31,021 nucleotides of DNA, from IMG/VR virus record IMGVR_UViG_3300045595_000033. One strand, given 5' to 3'. Origin of the DNA: a virus. This document shows, piece after piece, positions 8,041 through 16,868 of this stretch (its first letter is position 1; each line of letters opens with the position of its first letter). The notes under the pieces were generated by a model. It had not been told where the DNA came from. It saw only the letters and a program-made list of their open reading frames with translations, and searched no databases. Made by a program: the position numbers and the translations under genes.

Positions 8041-8140
8041 TGTCCGCAAATGTCCGCTTTTGCCCGCAAATGTCCGTAAGTGTCCGCAAATGTCCGCTTT
8101 TGCCCGTTATTGCCCGCAAATGTCCGTAATTGCCCTCTAG
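8041..8140. repeat. Ten contiguous 10-bp direct repeats (consensus TGTCCGCAAA; core TGYCCG)
   Basis: Read directly: tgtccgcaaa tgtccgcttt tgcccgcaaa tgtccgtaag tgtccgcaaa tgtccgcttt tgcccgttat tgcccgcaaa tgtccgtaat tgccctctag. The first 26 nt of 8041-8080 recur at 8081-8106. Confidence 0.9.
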
Positions 8141-8175
8141 TAAGTGCTTGCATAAAGAATAATATTAGAGTGAAG

Positions 8176-8212
8176 AAAAGCCTCAGAGAGATGAAATCTG
8201 ATGGCTTTTTCT
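8176..8212 (+). terminator. Rho-independent terminator closing the early/middle operon
   Basis: aaaagcc-tcaga ... tctga-t-ggctttt stem (one bulge) followed by TTTTTCTT. Confidence 0.6.
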
Positions 8213-8217
8213 TAATC

Positions 8218-8268
8218 GGTGATGGCTATTTGTACTCATTGTAATCCCTCAGAATTGCAGCCATCACC
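8218..8268. promoter_or_regulatory. Perfect 10-bp inverted repeat (ggtgatggct / agccatcacc) with 31-nt spacer in the leader of the late operon
   Basis: Read directly, located between the terminator and the first late ORF. Confidence 0.5.
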
Positions 8269-8303
8269 AGCAAGAGAATAGATAAACATCTAGAGGAATA
8301 GTT

Positions 8304-8456
8304 ATGAAGAAAGATAAGATGCCGAAGCGGAAATCTAAATCCATGAGATGCCCATGTGGTGAGTGCAAAGCAAAGGATGATTGCACCAGGACATGTAAGG
8401 AATATAAGATCTGGCGAAGGGTCTATCTGGGTGGAGTACATGGAACGGGATATTGA
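8304..8456 (+). CDS. Cys-rich mini-protein A (50 aa; below the ORF-track cutoff)
   Basis: ATG 8304 after a GAGGAA RBS. MKKDKMPKRKSKSMRCPCGECKAKDDCTRTCKEYKIWRRVYLGGVHGTGY, translated by hand. Confidence 0.5.
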   Translation: MKKDKMPKRKSKSMRCPCGECKAKDDCTRTCKEYKIWRRVYLGGVHGTGY

Positions 8457-8640
8457 TCAGGAACATGACCTCACATCTGATGAGGATTACAAGAAGAAGA
8501 TGAAAGAGATTGAAGATTCCCAGCAATGCCCATGCGTAAAGTGTGGAAAACAATGCGAGAGTGTGGATAAGTTCTACTGCCTTAAATATAAGAAGTGGAG
8601 AAAGATGATGTACATGTCTTCTTTGGGAGTGTTCAAGTAG
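8440..8640 (+). CDS. Cys-rich mini-protein B (paralog-like of A)
   Basis: In-frame ATG of the 8356..8640 ORF after GGTGGAG. Contains CPCVKCGKQCESVDKFYCLKYKKWRK, the same CPCxxC...C..YK.WR(R/K) pattern as protein A. Start uncertain (8356 GTG or 8377 ATG also possible). Confidence 0.45.
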   Translation: MERDIDQEHDLTSDEDYKKKMKEIEDSQQCPCVKCGKQCESVDKFYCLKYKKWRKMMYMSSLGVFK

Positions 8641-9096
8641 ATGCTTAAACTCTGTGCCAATTGTGGAAAACCTATTCCATATGGTCAACGATACTGCAAG
8701 GCATGTGCAGCCAAACTGGCGGATGGTAATAAGACCCGCCGGAAGAACTGGAAGAGGCACGTTGATCCAGCGATTAAAGCCTTCTATGATTCCAAGGATT
8801 GGGATCTGGCGAAGGGCGGATACTATCACCTTCATGGCGGTTGGTGCATTGACTGCCTGAATGAATACCGCCTAGGATTACGCGATAAGAAGGACATAGG
8901 GCCAGCCGTTGAGGTTCACCATATAGTTCCTATCTCTTTGTCTTATGAAGGCAGATTGGATCAGAACAACCTCATAGGCCTATGCCATGAGCACCATGAT
9001 ATTAGACACGGAAGGCGTAAGCCTTTTTTTCGTGAATATGATACTTATCAACAACAGATGATGCATGAACCCGGGGGGTATGTGGAAAAGTTTTAG
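8641..9096 (+). CDS. HNH endonuclease (packaging-associated)
   Basis: N-terminal CANCGK...YCKAC zinc ribbon. VEVHHIVPIS...NNLIGLCHEHHDIRHG HNH motif. Positioned directly upstream of terS/terL. Confidence 0.85.
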   Translation: MLKLCANCGKPIPYGQRYCKACAAKLADGNKTRRKNWKRHVDPAIKAFYDSKDWDLAKGGYYHLHGGWCIDCLNEYRLGLRDKKDIGPAVEVHHIVPISLSYEGRLDQNNLIGLCHEHHDIRHGRRKPFFREYDTYQQQMMHEPGGYVEKF

Positions 9097-9134
9097 GCGC
9101 CGTTGGAGAACGGCGCACAGGAGAACAACGCACA
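9097..9134. promoter_or_regulatory. GC-rich hairpin plus tandem 15-bp direct repeats between HNH and terS (candidate cos/terminase recognition site)
   Basis: gcgccgtt-ggag-aacggcgc forms a perfect 8-bp stem (9097-9116). ggagaacggcgcaca (9105-9119) is followed by ggagaacaacgcaca (9120-9134), 13/15 identical. Confidence 0.4.
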
Positions 9135-9181
9135 AAGACTCCCTGATGAGAAAAATCCCTAATGGATGATTAGGAGGAGAA

Positions 9182-9649
9182 ATGCCTACAAAAACGGTGG
9201 CTGTGGAAAAGTCAAAAAAACACTACACAAAAGCCCAAATTCAAGCCAAAAAAGCATTAAAAACAAGGGTTACGGCACTGAAAAATTCAATCGAGCCTCC
9301 GGCATATTTGACGGATGATCAGAAGATTGAATTCCAAAATGTCGTAGAACTGCAAGCAAAGATCGGCCTGATATCCGCATTGGATGCGGATACGATTGCC
9401 TCATACGTCATTTCTAGGGAGAATTATTACAAAATTTCAGCCGAAATGAACAAGCAGAGTGTTACTTCAGAAGAATATGGCGGTTTGTCCAGACTCCAAG
9501 ATAGATATTTCAAGCAGATGCGTTCTACGCAGAATGCTCTTGGTATGTCTCCAGAATCGCGGAACAGATTAGCTGTTTCTAATCCAGATCCAGTTGCCGA
9601 TACGGAGAAAAAGGTAAATAAGTTTGACAAGTTCGTTATATCGCACTGA
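9182..9649 (+). CDS. terS: Terminase small subunit (P27-family-like)
   Basis: Position upstream of terL, TAGGAGGAGAAATG RBS, and ...ALDADTIASYV...YY... RLQDRYFKQMRSTQNALGMSPESRNRL typical of P27-type small terminases. Confidence 0.7.
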   Translation: MPTKTVAVEKSKKHYTKAQIQAKKALKTRVTALKNSIEPPAYLTDDQKIEFQNVVELQAKIGLISALDADTIASYVISRENYYKISAEMNKQSVTSEEYGGLSRLQDRYFKQMRSTQNALGMSPESRNRLAVSNPDPVADTEKKVNKFDKFVISH

Positions 9650-11351
9650 TCCGGTTACTGCTTACGCAAAAGATGTTGTGGATTACAAGATACCATCCAA
9701 CAGATATCACTATTTAAGCTGCAAGAGGCATCTTGATGATCTAAACAAACAGGATACTCCAGGCTTTCCGTTCCATTGGGATAGGAAAGCAAGCAACCGT
9801 ATTCTTAATTTTTCAAACGAATTAACACTGATTGAAGGCAATGAACCTAGGCCTCTTAAATTGCTGCCATGCCAAGTCTTTGACATTGGATCAAGATTTG
9901 GCTGGATGAACAAGAAAGGAAACCGAAGATTCAGACGTTCTTATAAGAGCATGGCACGGCAAAACGGTAAGACCATGGAGAACGGCATCATGGGCGTTTA
10001 TATCGGCGGTTTCTGCGGATATAACGAAGGGAAACTGTTCACGGCAGCAACCAAAAAACGCCAGGCAAAGCTGGCATGGGAAGATATGGAGAAATTCATC
10101 CAAGGTGATCCTGATCTTCTCGATAAATTTATTATTAAAGATTACTTATCCATAATCATCAGCAAGGATACCAAATGCACAATGGAAGCATTGTCTAAAG
10201 AGGGTGGCCTTGATGATGGTTTCAGAAGCATTTACAGCTCAATTGATGAAATACATCAGCATCCGGATAACAGTGTCTATAAAGCTCTATACAACGGCAC
10301 AATGGCATTGCCGGAAACGCTGGTATCAATGATTACTACCAGAGGCAAGCAGAAGAATGGCTTCTGCCATGAAATGGATACGCTTGCGATTGGTGTTTTG
10401 ACCGGTGCAGCACAGCTTGACGATTTCTATGCTGATATCTATTGCATGGATGAAGGTGATGATAGGTTTGATCCAAGCTTATTTTGGAAACCGAACCCGT
10501 ATCTTAGCACGACTGACGAAGGAATGCAGAACCTTATTGATGCAATGAATTCCGCTCGCCAGGTTGGCGGAACGGATCTATCTGATTTCTTTTGCAAGAA
10601 CCTGAATATGTGGTCCGAGGAATTCGATAGAAAATTTGTAGATTCATCCGCATTTGAACACAGTGCTTGTGATCTAACGCTGGATGATATGCACGGAAGA
10701 GAATGTTACTTAGGATTAGACTTCTCATCAGGCGGAGACTTAACCAGCATCCATCTAGAGTTTCCTTTGGATGATGGAACATTCTTTGAATGGTCTCATT
10801 CATGGATGCCAAGAGGAAGACTGGAGGAGCACATCAGATCTGATGTAGCACCTTACGATATCTGGGAACAGTCCGGCCAGATTACAGTTACCGGTGGAGA
10901 AACAGATTTTAAGAACGATTACAGCTTCATTTTCAAAATGCTCAGAGATCTTATTAAGACATATCAGATAAAACTGGGAGCGATTGGATACGATCCCCAT
11001 AACGCTGATGGTGTCATGAAAGACCTTGAGTCTTTTGGCGTTCCACTGCTTGAGATCCGGCAGAGCTGCCGTTTCCTGAATGATGCAACAGTCGATATTC
11101 AGCTATTGGTTAAATCCGGGAAAGTTAAATACAACAAAGAACAGCAGTTATTTAGATGGAGCGTTGTTAATGCCATCACAGTTTCAAACAGCTTTGATGA
11201 AATCAAGATAGATAAAATGCCAAATGCCAGGACCCGCAGAATTGATCCGGATGATGCCTGGGTAGATGCCCATACAGCATTTATGAAGCTTGGGAAATCA
11301 AAAGTTTCAGCAGCATCTTCATTAGAAAGATTCCTAAATATGGATATCTAG
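9624..11351 (+). CDS. terL: Terminase large subunit (Terminase_1-like)
   Basis: 575 aa with a Walker-A-like MARQNGKT. Size and position fit. TTG start at 9624 as given by the ORF track, overlapping terS. Confidence 0.85.
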   Translation: MTSSLYRTDPVTAYAKDVVDYKIPSNRYHYLSCKRHLDDLNKQDTPGFPFHWDRKASNRILNFSNELTLIEGNEPRPLKLLPCQVFDIGSRFGWMNKKGNRRFRRSYKSMARQNGKTMENGIMGVYIGGFCGYNEGKLFTAATKKRQAKLAWEDMEKFIQGDPDLLDKFIIKDYLSIIISKDTKCTMEALSKEGGLDDGFRSIYSSIDEIHQHPDNSVYKALYNGTMALPETLVSMITTRGKQKNGFCHEMDTLAIGVLTGAAQLDDFYADIYCMDEGDDRFDPSLFWKPNPYLSTTDEGMQNLIDAMNSARQVGGTDLSDFFCKNLNMWSEEFDRKFVDSSAFEHSACDLTLDDMHGRECYLGLDFSSGGDLTSIHLEFPLDDGTFFEWSHSWMPRGRLEEHIRSDVAPYDIWEQSGQITVTGGETDFKNDYSFIFKMLRDLIKTYQIKLGAIGYDPHNADGVMKDLESFGVPLLEIRQSCRFLNDATVDIQLLVKSGKVKYNKEQQLFRWSVVNAITVSNSFDEIKIDKMPNARTRRIDPDDAWVDAHTAFMKLGKSKVSAASSLERFLNMDI

Positions 11352-11362
11352 AGAGGAAAACT

Positions 11363-12604
11363 ATGGGATTTAGAAAATCAATCAGCAATATGTTCCGTGG
11401 AAATAGATCTAAATCTGCCACAGAACTTACAGATTCCATGAAAACATGGCTTCAATTCCTTGGCGTATCGGATATTGATAAATCAGTTCTTTCCGAAGCC
11501 ACTTATTTTGCCTGTTTGAAGATATTATCAGAATCCGTTGGCAAGCTTCCGTTAAAACTCATTCAGACAATACCTAACCAGGGATCAAGAGAAGCATATG
11601 AAGATCCGCTGTATCACGTTCTCAGGGTCCGGCCAAACAAATTTATGACTGCATCAACGTTCTGGAGCACGGTTGAGATCAACCGCAGCCATTACGGCAA
11701 TGCTTATTGCTTGATAACTGGAGCTGGAACAACATTACAGCTATGGATTCTGCCTTCAAATCAAGTGAGAGTCTACTATGATGATCAGCTCATCATGAGT
11801 GATGTTCCGGATATCTGGTACATCTATGACGTTGGAGGGAAACGATATAAGTTCGGCTCAGAACAGATCCTACATTTCAAGACTGCAACAACGTTTGATG
11901 GAATTGTTGGATTGTCCGTTCAGGACCAGCTGGCAAGTTCAATCAGAGGAAACATTTCTGCACAAAAGGTTGTTAATGATTCCTATGAGAATGGAATGTC
12001 CGCCCGCAATGTTGTGACTTATACATCAGAGCTGAATGATGATCAGGAAGCAAAGCTTCTGGCCAAGATTGAAAAGTATGCGACAGGGAAAGCGAATGTA
12101 AAAACGCTTATTCCTCTGCCACAGGGCATTGATATCAAGGACCTGAAGCAGAACAATCTGGCAGATAGCCAGTTCTTAGAGATCAAGCAGTACACAGCAT
12201 CACAGATCTGTGCAGCATTCGGTATAAAACCTTACCAGGTAAACGACCTATCCAAGAGCTCTTACTCTTCGGCAGAGGCACAGAATCTGGCTTTTTATAC
12301 GGATACTCTTTTATACATTCTGAAACAGTATGAAGAAGAGATTGAATACAAGCTGTTATCAGATAAGCAGATGGCTCAAGGGTTCAAGCCTAAATTCAAT
12401 GTAAATTCCGTTTTAAGAGCCGATTCAAAATCTCAGATGGAATATCTGGTATCTGCTGTAAGTAATTTCGTATTAACGCCAAATGAAGCAAGAGACTATT
12501 TGGATCTTCCTCATAAAGATGGCGGTGATCAGTTGATTGGAAACGGATCAACAATTCCATTGATATCCGTTGGAGCACAGTATGGCCAAGGAGGAACCGA
12601 ATAA
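11363..12604 (+). CDS. Portal protein (HK97-family-like)
   Basis: 413 aa immediately after terL. The pattern ...YFACLKILSESVGKLPLKL...VRPN..MT...FW..V...GNAY is typical of HK97-type portals. Confidence 0.8.
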   Translation: MGFRKSISNMFRGNRSKSATELTDSMKTWLQFLGVSDIDKSVLSEATYFACLKILSESVGKLPLKLIQTIPNQGSREAYEDPLYHVLRVRPNKFMTASTFWSTVEINRSHYGNAYCLITGAGTTLQLWILPSNQVRVYYDDQLIMSDVPDIWYIYDVGGKRYKFGSEQILHFKTATTFDGIVGLSVQDQLASSIRGNISAQKVVNDSYENGMSARNVVTYTSELNDDQEAKLLAKIEKYATGKANVKTLIPLPQGIDIKDLKQNNLADSQFLEIKQYTASQICAAFGIKPYQVNDLSKSSYSSAEAQNLAFYTDTLLYILKQYEEEIEYKLLSDKQMAQGFKPKFNVNSVLRADSKSQMEYLVSAVSNFVLTPNEARDYLDLPHKDGGDQLIGNGSTIPLISVGAQYGQGGTE

Positions 12605-13464
12605 TGCCAGAATTAGAAAAAAAGATCATTCCGGATGATCTGTTTGAGAAATCCGCAAAGATCAAAGCACTGAAGGTAACAAAAGATGATTTGAAGAAGA
12701 TCAATTCTTACACAATGAAAGATGTAACCGCTGAAGATATCTTTGTCTTCAAGCTGGCAATGGAGAACAACTGCGTAGATCGCCAGTTCGAGAATGTATC
12801 TGATTCCGGCCTGGAAGAGATGGCAGCAGCGTTTACCGGAAGGCCTCTGATCAAGAACCATGATTGGAGTGATGTAGATAACGAAGTAGCCCGCATCTTT
12901 GATTGTGAGATTGAAGAATCCGATACTGAAAAAAATAGTTTTGGGAATCCAGTAAAAACATTGGTTGCGAAGCTATACATGGTACGCACAGATACAAACA
13001 AAGATCTGATTGCGGAGATACAGGCGGGAATCAAGAAAGAATGCTCCGTTGGATTCTCTGCTGGATCTGCTGTTTGCAGCATTTGTGGAAGAGACAATCT
13101 GAAGGATGGCTATTGCAGCCATTATCCAGGATTTGAATACGAAGGAAAAACATGCACGTTTGAGCTAGGCAATATCAAGGATGCATATGAAGTTTCACTG
13201 GTTACAGTTCCAGCCGTGAAAGATGCCGGAGTGGTCAAGAACATGGAGCTGAAAAAAAAGGATATCTCAGAAAAAACTGTAGAGGAAAGTGCAACGGAAG
13301 AGCCGACAGAAGAGCCAACACCAGCACCAGAGACTACAGCGGAAGCTGATGATATAAGCCTGGCGGTCAATATCGCACAGGCAGAAGTCGACTTAGAAAG
13401 TGAGTCGGCTTTTTGTTCTGAAAGTAAGGAGGATGAAAAACTAGATGAACAAGAAGATGCGTGA
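12604..13464 (+). CDS. Prohead (maturation) serine protease, S78-like, with acidic C-terminal tail
   Basis: Position between portal and capsid. ...RPLIKNHDWSDVDNEVARI... and ...KKECSVGFS... resemble the His and Ser regions of HK97-type proteases. Confidence 0.6.
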   Translation: MPELEKKIIPDDLFEKSAKIKALKVTKDDLKKINSYTMKDVTAEDIFVFKLAMENNCVDRQFENVSDSGLEEMAAAFTGRPLIKNHDWSDVDNEVARIFDCEIEESDTEKNSFGNPVKTLVAKLYMVRTDTNKDLIAEIQAGIKKECSVGFSAGSAVCSICGRDNLKDGYCSHYPGFEYEGKTCTFELGNIKDAYEVSLVTVPAVKDAGVVKNMELKKKDISEKTVEESATEEPTEEPTPAPETTAEADDISLAVNIAQAEVDLESESAFCSESKEDEKLDEQEDA

Positions 13465-14581
13465 GTTGCTGGCCGCAATGCAGAAGCATTTGGCAGCAGC
13501 CAAAGATTTCAATTCTCAGAAGAAAACTGAGGATGCTCAGAAGGAGATGGATGCCTACAACGAGACTGCCAAAGAATATGCAGTTGAAAAGGCTATCTAC
13601 ACTGCTGAAGCAAACGCTCCAACTGATGATCAGCTGGATGCGGCAGAAAAGAAAGCAATGGAAGGCCAGAACGCAAACCCATGGGTTGTTATGGCCAAGA
13701 TTCTTTCTCACAGAAAGCTCTCTGAAGTAGAAGGAAAGAGCCTTGTATGGTCTGATTCAGATGCTACAAATGCTATTGTTCCAAGTGAAATTGCTACTAA
13801 GATCAATGAACTCCGTAAGAGCTATGTTTCTCTCCGTGATGTAATCACAGTTGAGAATGCATCCGCTTTAACAGGCAGCATGGCTGTAGAAGATTCCACA
13901 GGAACATTCACAGGATTGATTGAGTTTGAAGATGGTGGAGATATTGACTCTACAGAAGCTCCAAAGCTGAAGAATGTAAAGTGGGTTATCAAGCACTATG
14001 GCAAGCTGATTCCTATCGGAAACATCCTTGCTGGTGCTGAACAGGCTGATCTGCTTGGCTATCTGGATAGATGGTTCGTTAAGAATGCTGTTTTGACAGA
14101 GAACACAAAGATCATTGCAAAGCTGAAGGATGGCAAAACTGCCACTGCATTAGCTGGATGGAAGGCTCTTAAGAAGTCCATGAACAAGGATCTTGATCCG
14201 TCTGTTAAACTGGATGGCTACATTGTTACCAACCAGACAGGATTCACTATGCTGGATGAAGAGGAAGATAAAGAAGGAAGACCAGTTCTTCAGCCAAATC
14301 CTCTGAATGCTACAGAAAAGATGTTCCAGTCTATGCCAATCTTCGTAGTACCAGATGCTCAGTTGCCAATGATTGATGCTACTCATGCACCAATGTTTGT
14401 TGGATCTGAAAAGGCAGCTGTTACTATGAAGCTTTATAAGGATCTGGAATATGCAACATCTGATCAGTATATGTTCGGCAAGAACACAAACTGCTTAAGA
14501 GTTATTGAAGGATTTGATCTTGTAAAGGTAGACGATACCGCTTACGAATATGTATCCTTCTCCGCTACTGCCACAGCTTAA
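13445..14581 (+). CDS. Major capsid protein (HK97 fold) with N-terminal coiled delta/scaffold domain
   Basis: 378 aa after the protease. The coiled N-terminal ~100 aa then a beta-rich body are the canonical arrangement. Confidence 0.8.
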   Translation: MNKKMRELLAAMQKHLAAAKDFNSQKKTEDAQKEMDAYNETAKEYAVEKAIYTAEANAPTDDQLDAAEKKAMEGQNANPWVVMAKILSHRKLSEVEGKSLVWSDSDATNAIVPSEIATKINELRKSYVSLRDVITVENASALTGSMAVEDSTGTFTGLIEFEDGGDIDSTEAPKLKNVKWVIKHYGKLIPIGNILAGAEQADLLGYLDRWFVKNAVLTENTKIIAKLKDGKTATALAGWKALKKSMNKDLDPSVKLDGYIVTNQTGFTMLDEEEDKEGRPVLQPNPLNATEKMFQSMPIFVVPDAQLPMIDATHAPMFVGSEKAAVTMKLYKDLEYATSDQYMFGKNTNCLRVIEGFDLVKVDDTAYEYVSFSATATA

Positions 14582-14604
14582 TTTGTGAGATTGGAGGATA
14601 AACA

Positions 14605-14949
14605 ATGCTGACATTTGAAGAATTGACCGATTATATCGTGCTTGATCTTGATGAAAACTCTACGGATGAAGCTGATAAGCCGTTAATCCGTAGGCTTAAC
14701 AACTTGATCAAAGTTACGGATGAATATGCCAAGGCTGCTATCAGCACGACCTATCCTTCTGATGATCATAGGGTTAAGGAAGCCCAGCTTATTCTTGCGG
14801 ATGATCTATACACTCATGGAGAAGCTAGATCAGACAAAGCAACCGCAAGGATCAAAGAGATTGTTAGTTCTATGCTCATGCAAGTGAGACTTGAACTACA
14901 GGAGGTATCAACTAGTGCTGAAAGTACAGATACAGCATCAGGATCCTGA
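14605..14949 (+). CDS. Head-tail connector (gp6-like) protein
   Basis: Size, position and N-terminal LTFEELTDYI.LD pattern. Confidence 0.6.
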   Translation: MLTFEELTDYIVLDLDENSTDEADKPLIRRLNNLIKVTDEYAKAAISTTYPSDDHRVKEAQLILADDLYTHGEARSDKATARIKEIVSSMLMQVRLELQEVSTSAESTDTASGS

Positions 14950-15217
14950 TACAGAGACATGGGCTTTATACAAAACGTTTCATACTGTGAGTGAAAACAG
15001 AACCGGTAGCAACGAATATGCTGTTGCCGGTTCTGAATATAGCTCCGATATGATTACGTTAAAGCTTCGGTATACTCCAGCTTTAGCAAAGATTGATGGC
15101 AACACTCAGGTTTACAGGGCAATGATTGATGGAATTGCATTCGATATTAAATCTTATGATGATATCGAATACAAGCATCAGTTTGTTAAGCTTGTAATAA
15201 GAAAGCTATATGGCTAA
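14915..15217 (+). CDS. Head closure protein
   Basis: GTG 14915 lies 9 nt after AGGAGG (14900-14905) in the frame of the 14891..15217 ORF. The pattern ...ITLKLRYTPAL...YRAMIDGIAFDIKSYDD is typical of head-closure proteins. Confidence 0.55.
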   Translation: MLKVQIQHQDPDTETWALYKTFHTVSENRTGSNEYAVAGSEYSSDMITLKLRYTPALAKIDGNTQVYRAMIDGIAFDIKSYDDIEYKHQFVKLVIRKLYG

Positions 15218-15614
15218 TTCATTAACCGCTGATCAGTTTTCTGCTGAATTCATGAAGCTCATGGAATCACAGGAACCGGAAATCAGAAAAATAGCATCTG
15301 AAGAAGCCAAAAAATCTGCACAAAAACTGGTTGATGATACGAAATCATCAGCACCTAGAGAAGCTGGGAGCAAAAGATCAGGAACATACGCAAAACATAT
15401 AGCAATGAAAGAGCTTGAAGGTGATTCTCTTCAAGTTGGTTCAATGTGGTATGTAAAATCTCCGGATTATAGGCTTACACATCTTTTGATAAATGGTCAT
15501 TTAACTAGAAATGGCGGAATGACAAAAGCAAAAGATTTCCTAACAGAGCCTACAAAAAAGAATGAAGAAGAATTTGTCAATAACGTAAAAGAAAGGATTG
15601 AAAAAAATGGCTAA
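15210..15614 (+). CDS. HK97 gp10-like tail-component protein
   Basis: Position and size. ...AKKSAQKLVDDTKSSAPREAGSKRSGTYAKHI... fits the gp10-family pattern. Confidence 0.55.
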   Translation: MANSLTADQFSAEFMKLMESQEPEIRKIASEEAKKSAQKLVDDTKSSAPREAGSKRSGTYAKHIAMKELEGDSLQVGSMWYVKSPDYRLTHLLINGHLTRNGGMTKAKDFLTEPTKKNEEEFVNNVKERIEKNG

Positions 15615-15924
15615 ATTATACGACCTCTTGAAAAAAGCTGGATTGAATATAAAAGAAAACCATTATTCCAAGCCTTCACTTCCTTACGGTATTTTTATTG
15701 ATGATATTTCTACTTCTGGCCCGGATTCAAAACCCGGCATGATAGTTGACCATGGAATTACTGTTCTTTGGGCATCTGAGTATGTTGATACTGATAATGA
15801 AGCAAAAATTGAAAGCTGCATCAATGCAGCCGGATTGAATTTTGCACGAACCAGAGACTGGCTCGATACCGAAAAAATGTATCAAACAACGTACGATATA
15901 TCGCTGAAAGCGAAGAAAGGATAA
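15598..15924 (+). CDS. Tail completion / tail terminator-like protein
   Basis: Position immediately upstream of the major tail protein. No specific motif. Confidence 0.45.
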   Translation: MKKMAKLYDLLKKAGLNIKENHYSKPSLPYGIFIDDISTSGPDSKPGMIVDHGITVLWASEYVDTDNEAKIESCINAAGLNFARTRDWLDTEKMYQTTYDISLKAKKG

Positions 15925-15926
15925 AA

Positions 15927-16484
15927 ATGTCTACTAACGCAAATGACGAAAGAATTATCTTAGGTTCTGCTGATGTTTACATCCAGCAGTTCTCAGGATT
16001 ACTCCCGGATATTTCTGCATTATGTGTTGAGGCCAACAGGCTTGCTTATATTTCAGGTGGTGCATCTGTTGAATATAAGCCAACATATTACACAGCAGAA
16101 GATGATCGTGGAGTAAAGGTTAAGAAGATCATCACAAAAGAAGAGGCTACAGTCAAAACAGGAGTATGCACCTGGAACGGGAACAAGCTCAAATACTTGA
16201 CCGATACAGCCAGAGTTACAGAAGATGCAGAGAAGAAGCTCCGCACTGTTAAGATTGGTGGCACAAAGAACTATACTGGCCAGAAATATGTTATCTGCTT
16301 GCATCATGTTGATGAAACAGATGGCGATATCTGGGTAATGATCGTTGGTTCTAATGAATCCGGATTCACATTGAAGTTTGATCCTTCCAAGGAAACAACT
16401 GTAGATGCTGAATTCAAGGCTATGCCACAGGATACAGATGGAACGCTGATTACATATCAGGAAGAAATCATTCCAGCAGCGTAA
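15927..16484 (+). CDS. Major tail protein
   Basis: 185 aa, followed by a strong terminator/attenuator and then the chaperone pair and tape measure. Confidence 0.7.
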   Translation: MSTNANDERIILGSADVYIQQFSGLLPDISALCVEANRLAYISGGASVEYKPTYYTAEDDRGVKVKKIITKEEATVKTGVCTWNGNKLKYLTDTARVTEDAEKKLRTVKIGGTKNYTGQKYVICLHHVDETDGDIWVMIVGSNESGFTLKFDPSKETTVDAEFKAMPQDTDGTLITYQEEIIPAA

Positions 16485-16487
16485 TTG

Positions 16488-16524
16488 AATAAGGCAGAGG
16501 TTTGATATCTCTGCCTTATTTTTT
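16488..16524 (+). terminator. Rho-independent terminator/attenuator after the major tail gene
   Basis: Perfect 12-bp stem aataaggcagag / ctctgccttatt, 9-nt loop, then a T-run. Confidence 0.75.
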
Positions 16525-16541
16525 CTAAAGGAGGAGCCTAT

Positions 16542-16868
16542 ATGGCAACGAGTTTTAGCTTTAACAACATCAAGCGTAAATACTGGAGAGTTGATCTTAA
16601 AGATAATAGATCTTTGACGGTTCGCATGCCATCAAAGAAAGTTTTCGATAAGATGAATAACATTTCTGAACTTGGAAATGATCAAGAAGGCGTTACCGCA
16701 CAGATTGGTGAATTGCATGATCTTTGTGCTGCCATTTTAAGCAATAACATGGAAGGGATCACAGTTTCCAAAAAAGAAATGGAAGATTATGAGCTTGAAG
16801 AAATGATGGCTTTCATTATCGGATATAAAGACTTTATTTCTTCATCCGTTCAGAAAGACCCAAACTAA
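16542..16868 (+). CDS. Tail assembly chaperone (G-like)
   Basis: Position between the major tail and tape measure genes. Ends at a slippery heptamer. Confidence 0.7.
   Translation: MATSFSFNNIKRKYWRVDLKDNRSLTVRMPSKKVFDKMNNISELGNDQEGVTAQIGELHDLCAAILSNNMEGITVSKKEMEDYELEEMMAFIIGYKDFISSSVQKDPN

Noticed and set aside
8041-8140. The 10-bp repeat array as a CRISPR array or a coding low-complexity region
   Set aside because: The units are contiguous with no spacers and are far shorter than CRISPR repeats. No ORF with an RBS spans the array, which lies after a stop codon and before a terminator.
8335-8835. 166-aa minus-strand ORF across the Cys-rich genes and the HNH 5' end (also 8226..8441 minus and 8654..8860 plus)
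   Set aside because: It is antisense to, or out of frame with, plus-strand genes that have clear motifs (HNH, zinc knuckles) and RBSs. It has no RBS and a hydrophobic junk-like composition.
12613-13711. Several minus-strand ORFs (12613..12861, 12708..13097, 13122..13478, 13367..13711) and the +2 frame ORF 13461..13730
   Set aside because: They overlap the protease and capsid genes, which have positional and motif support. No RBSs.
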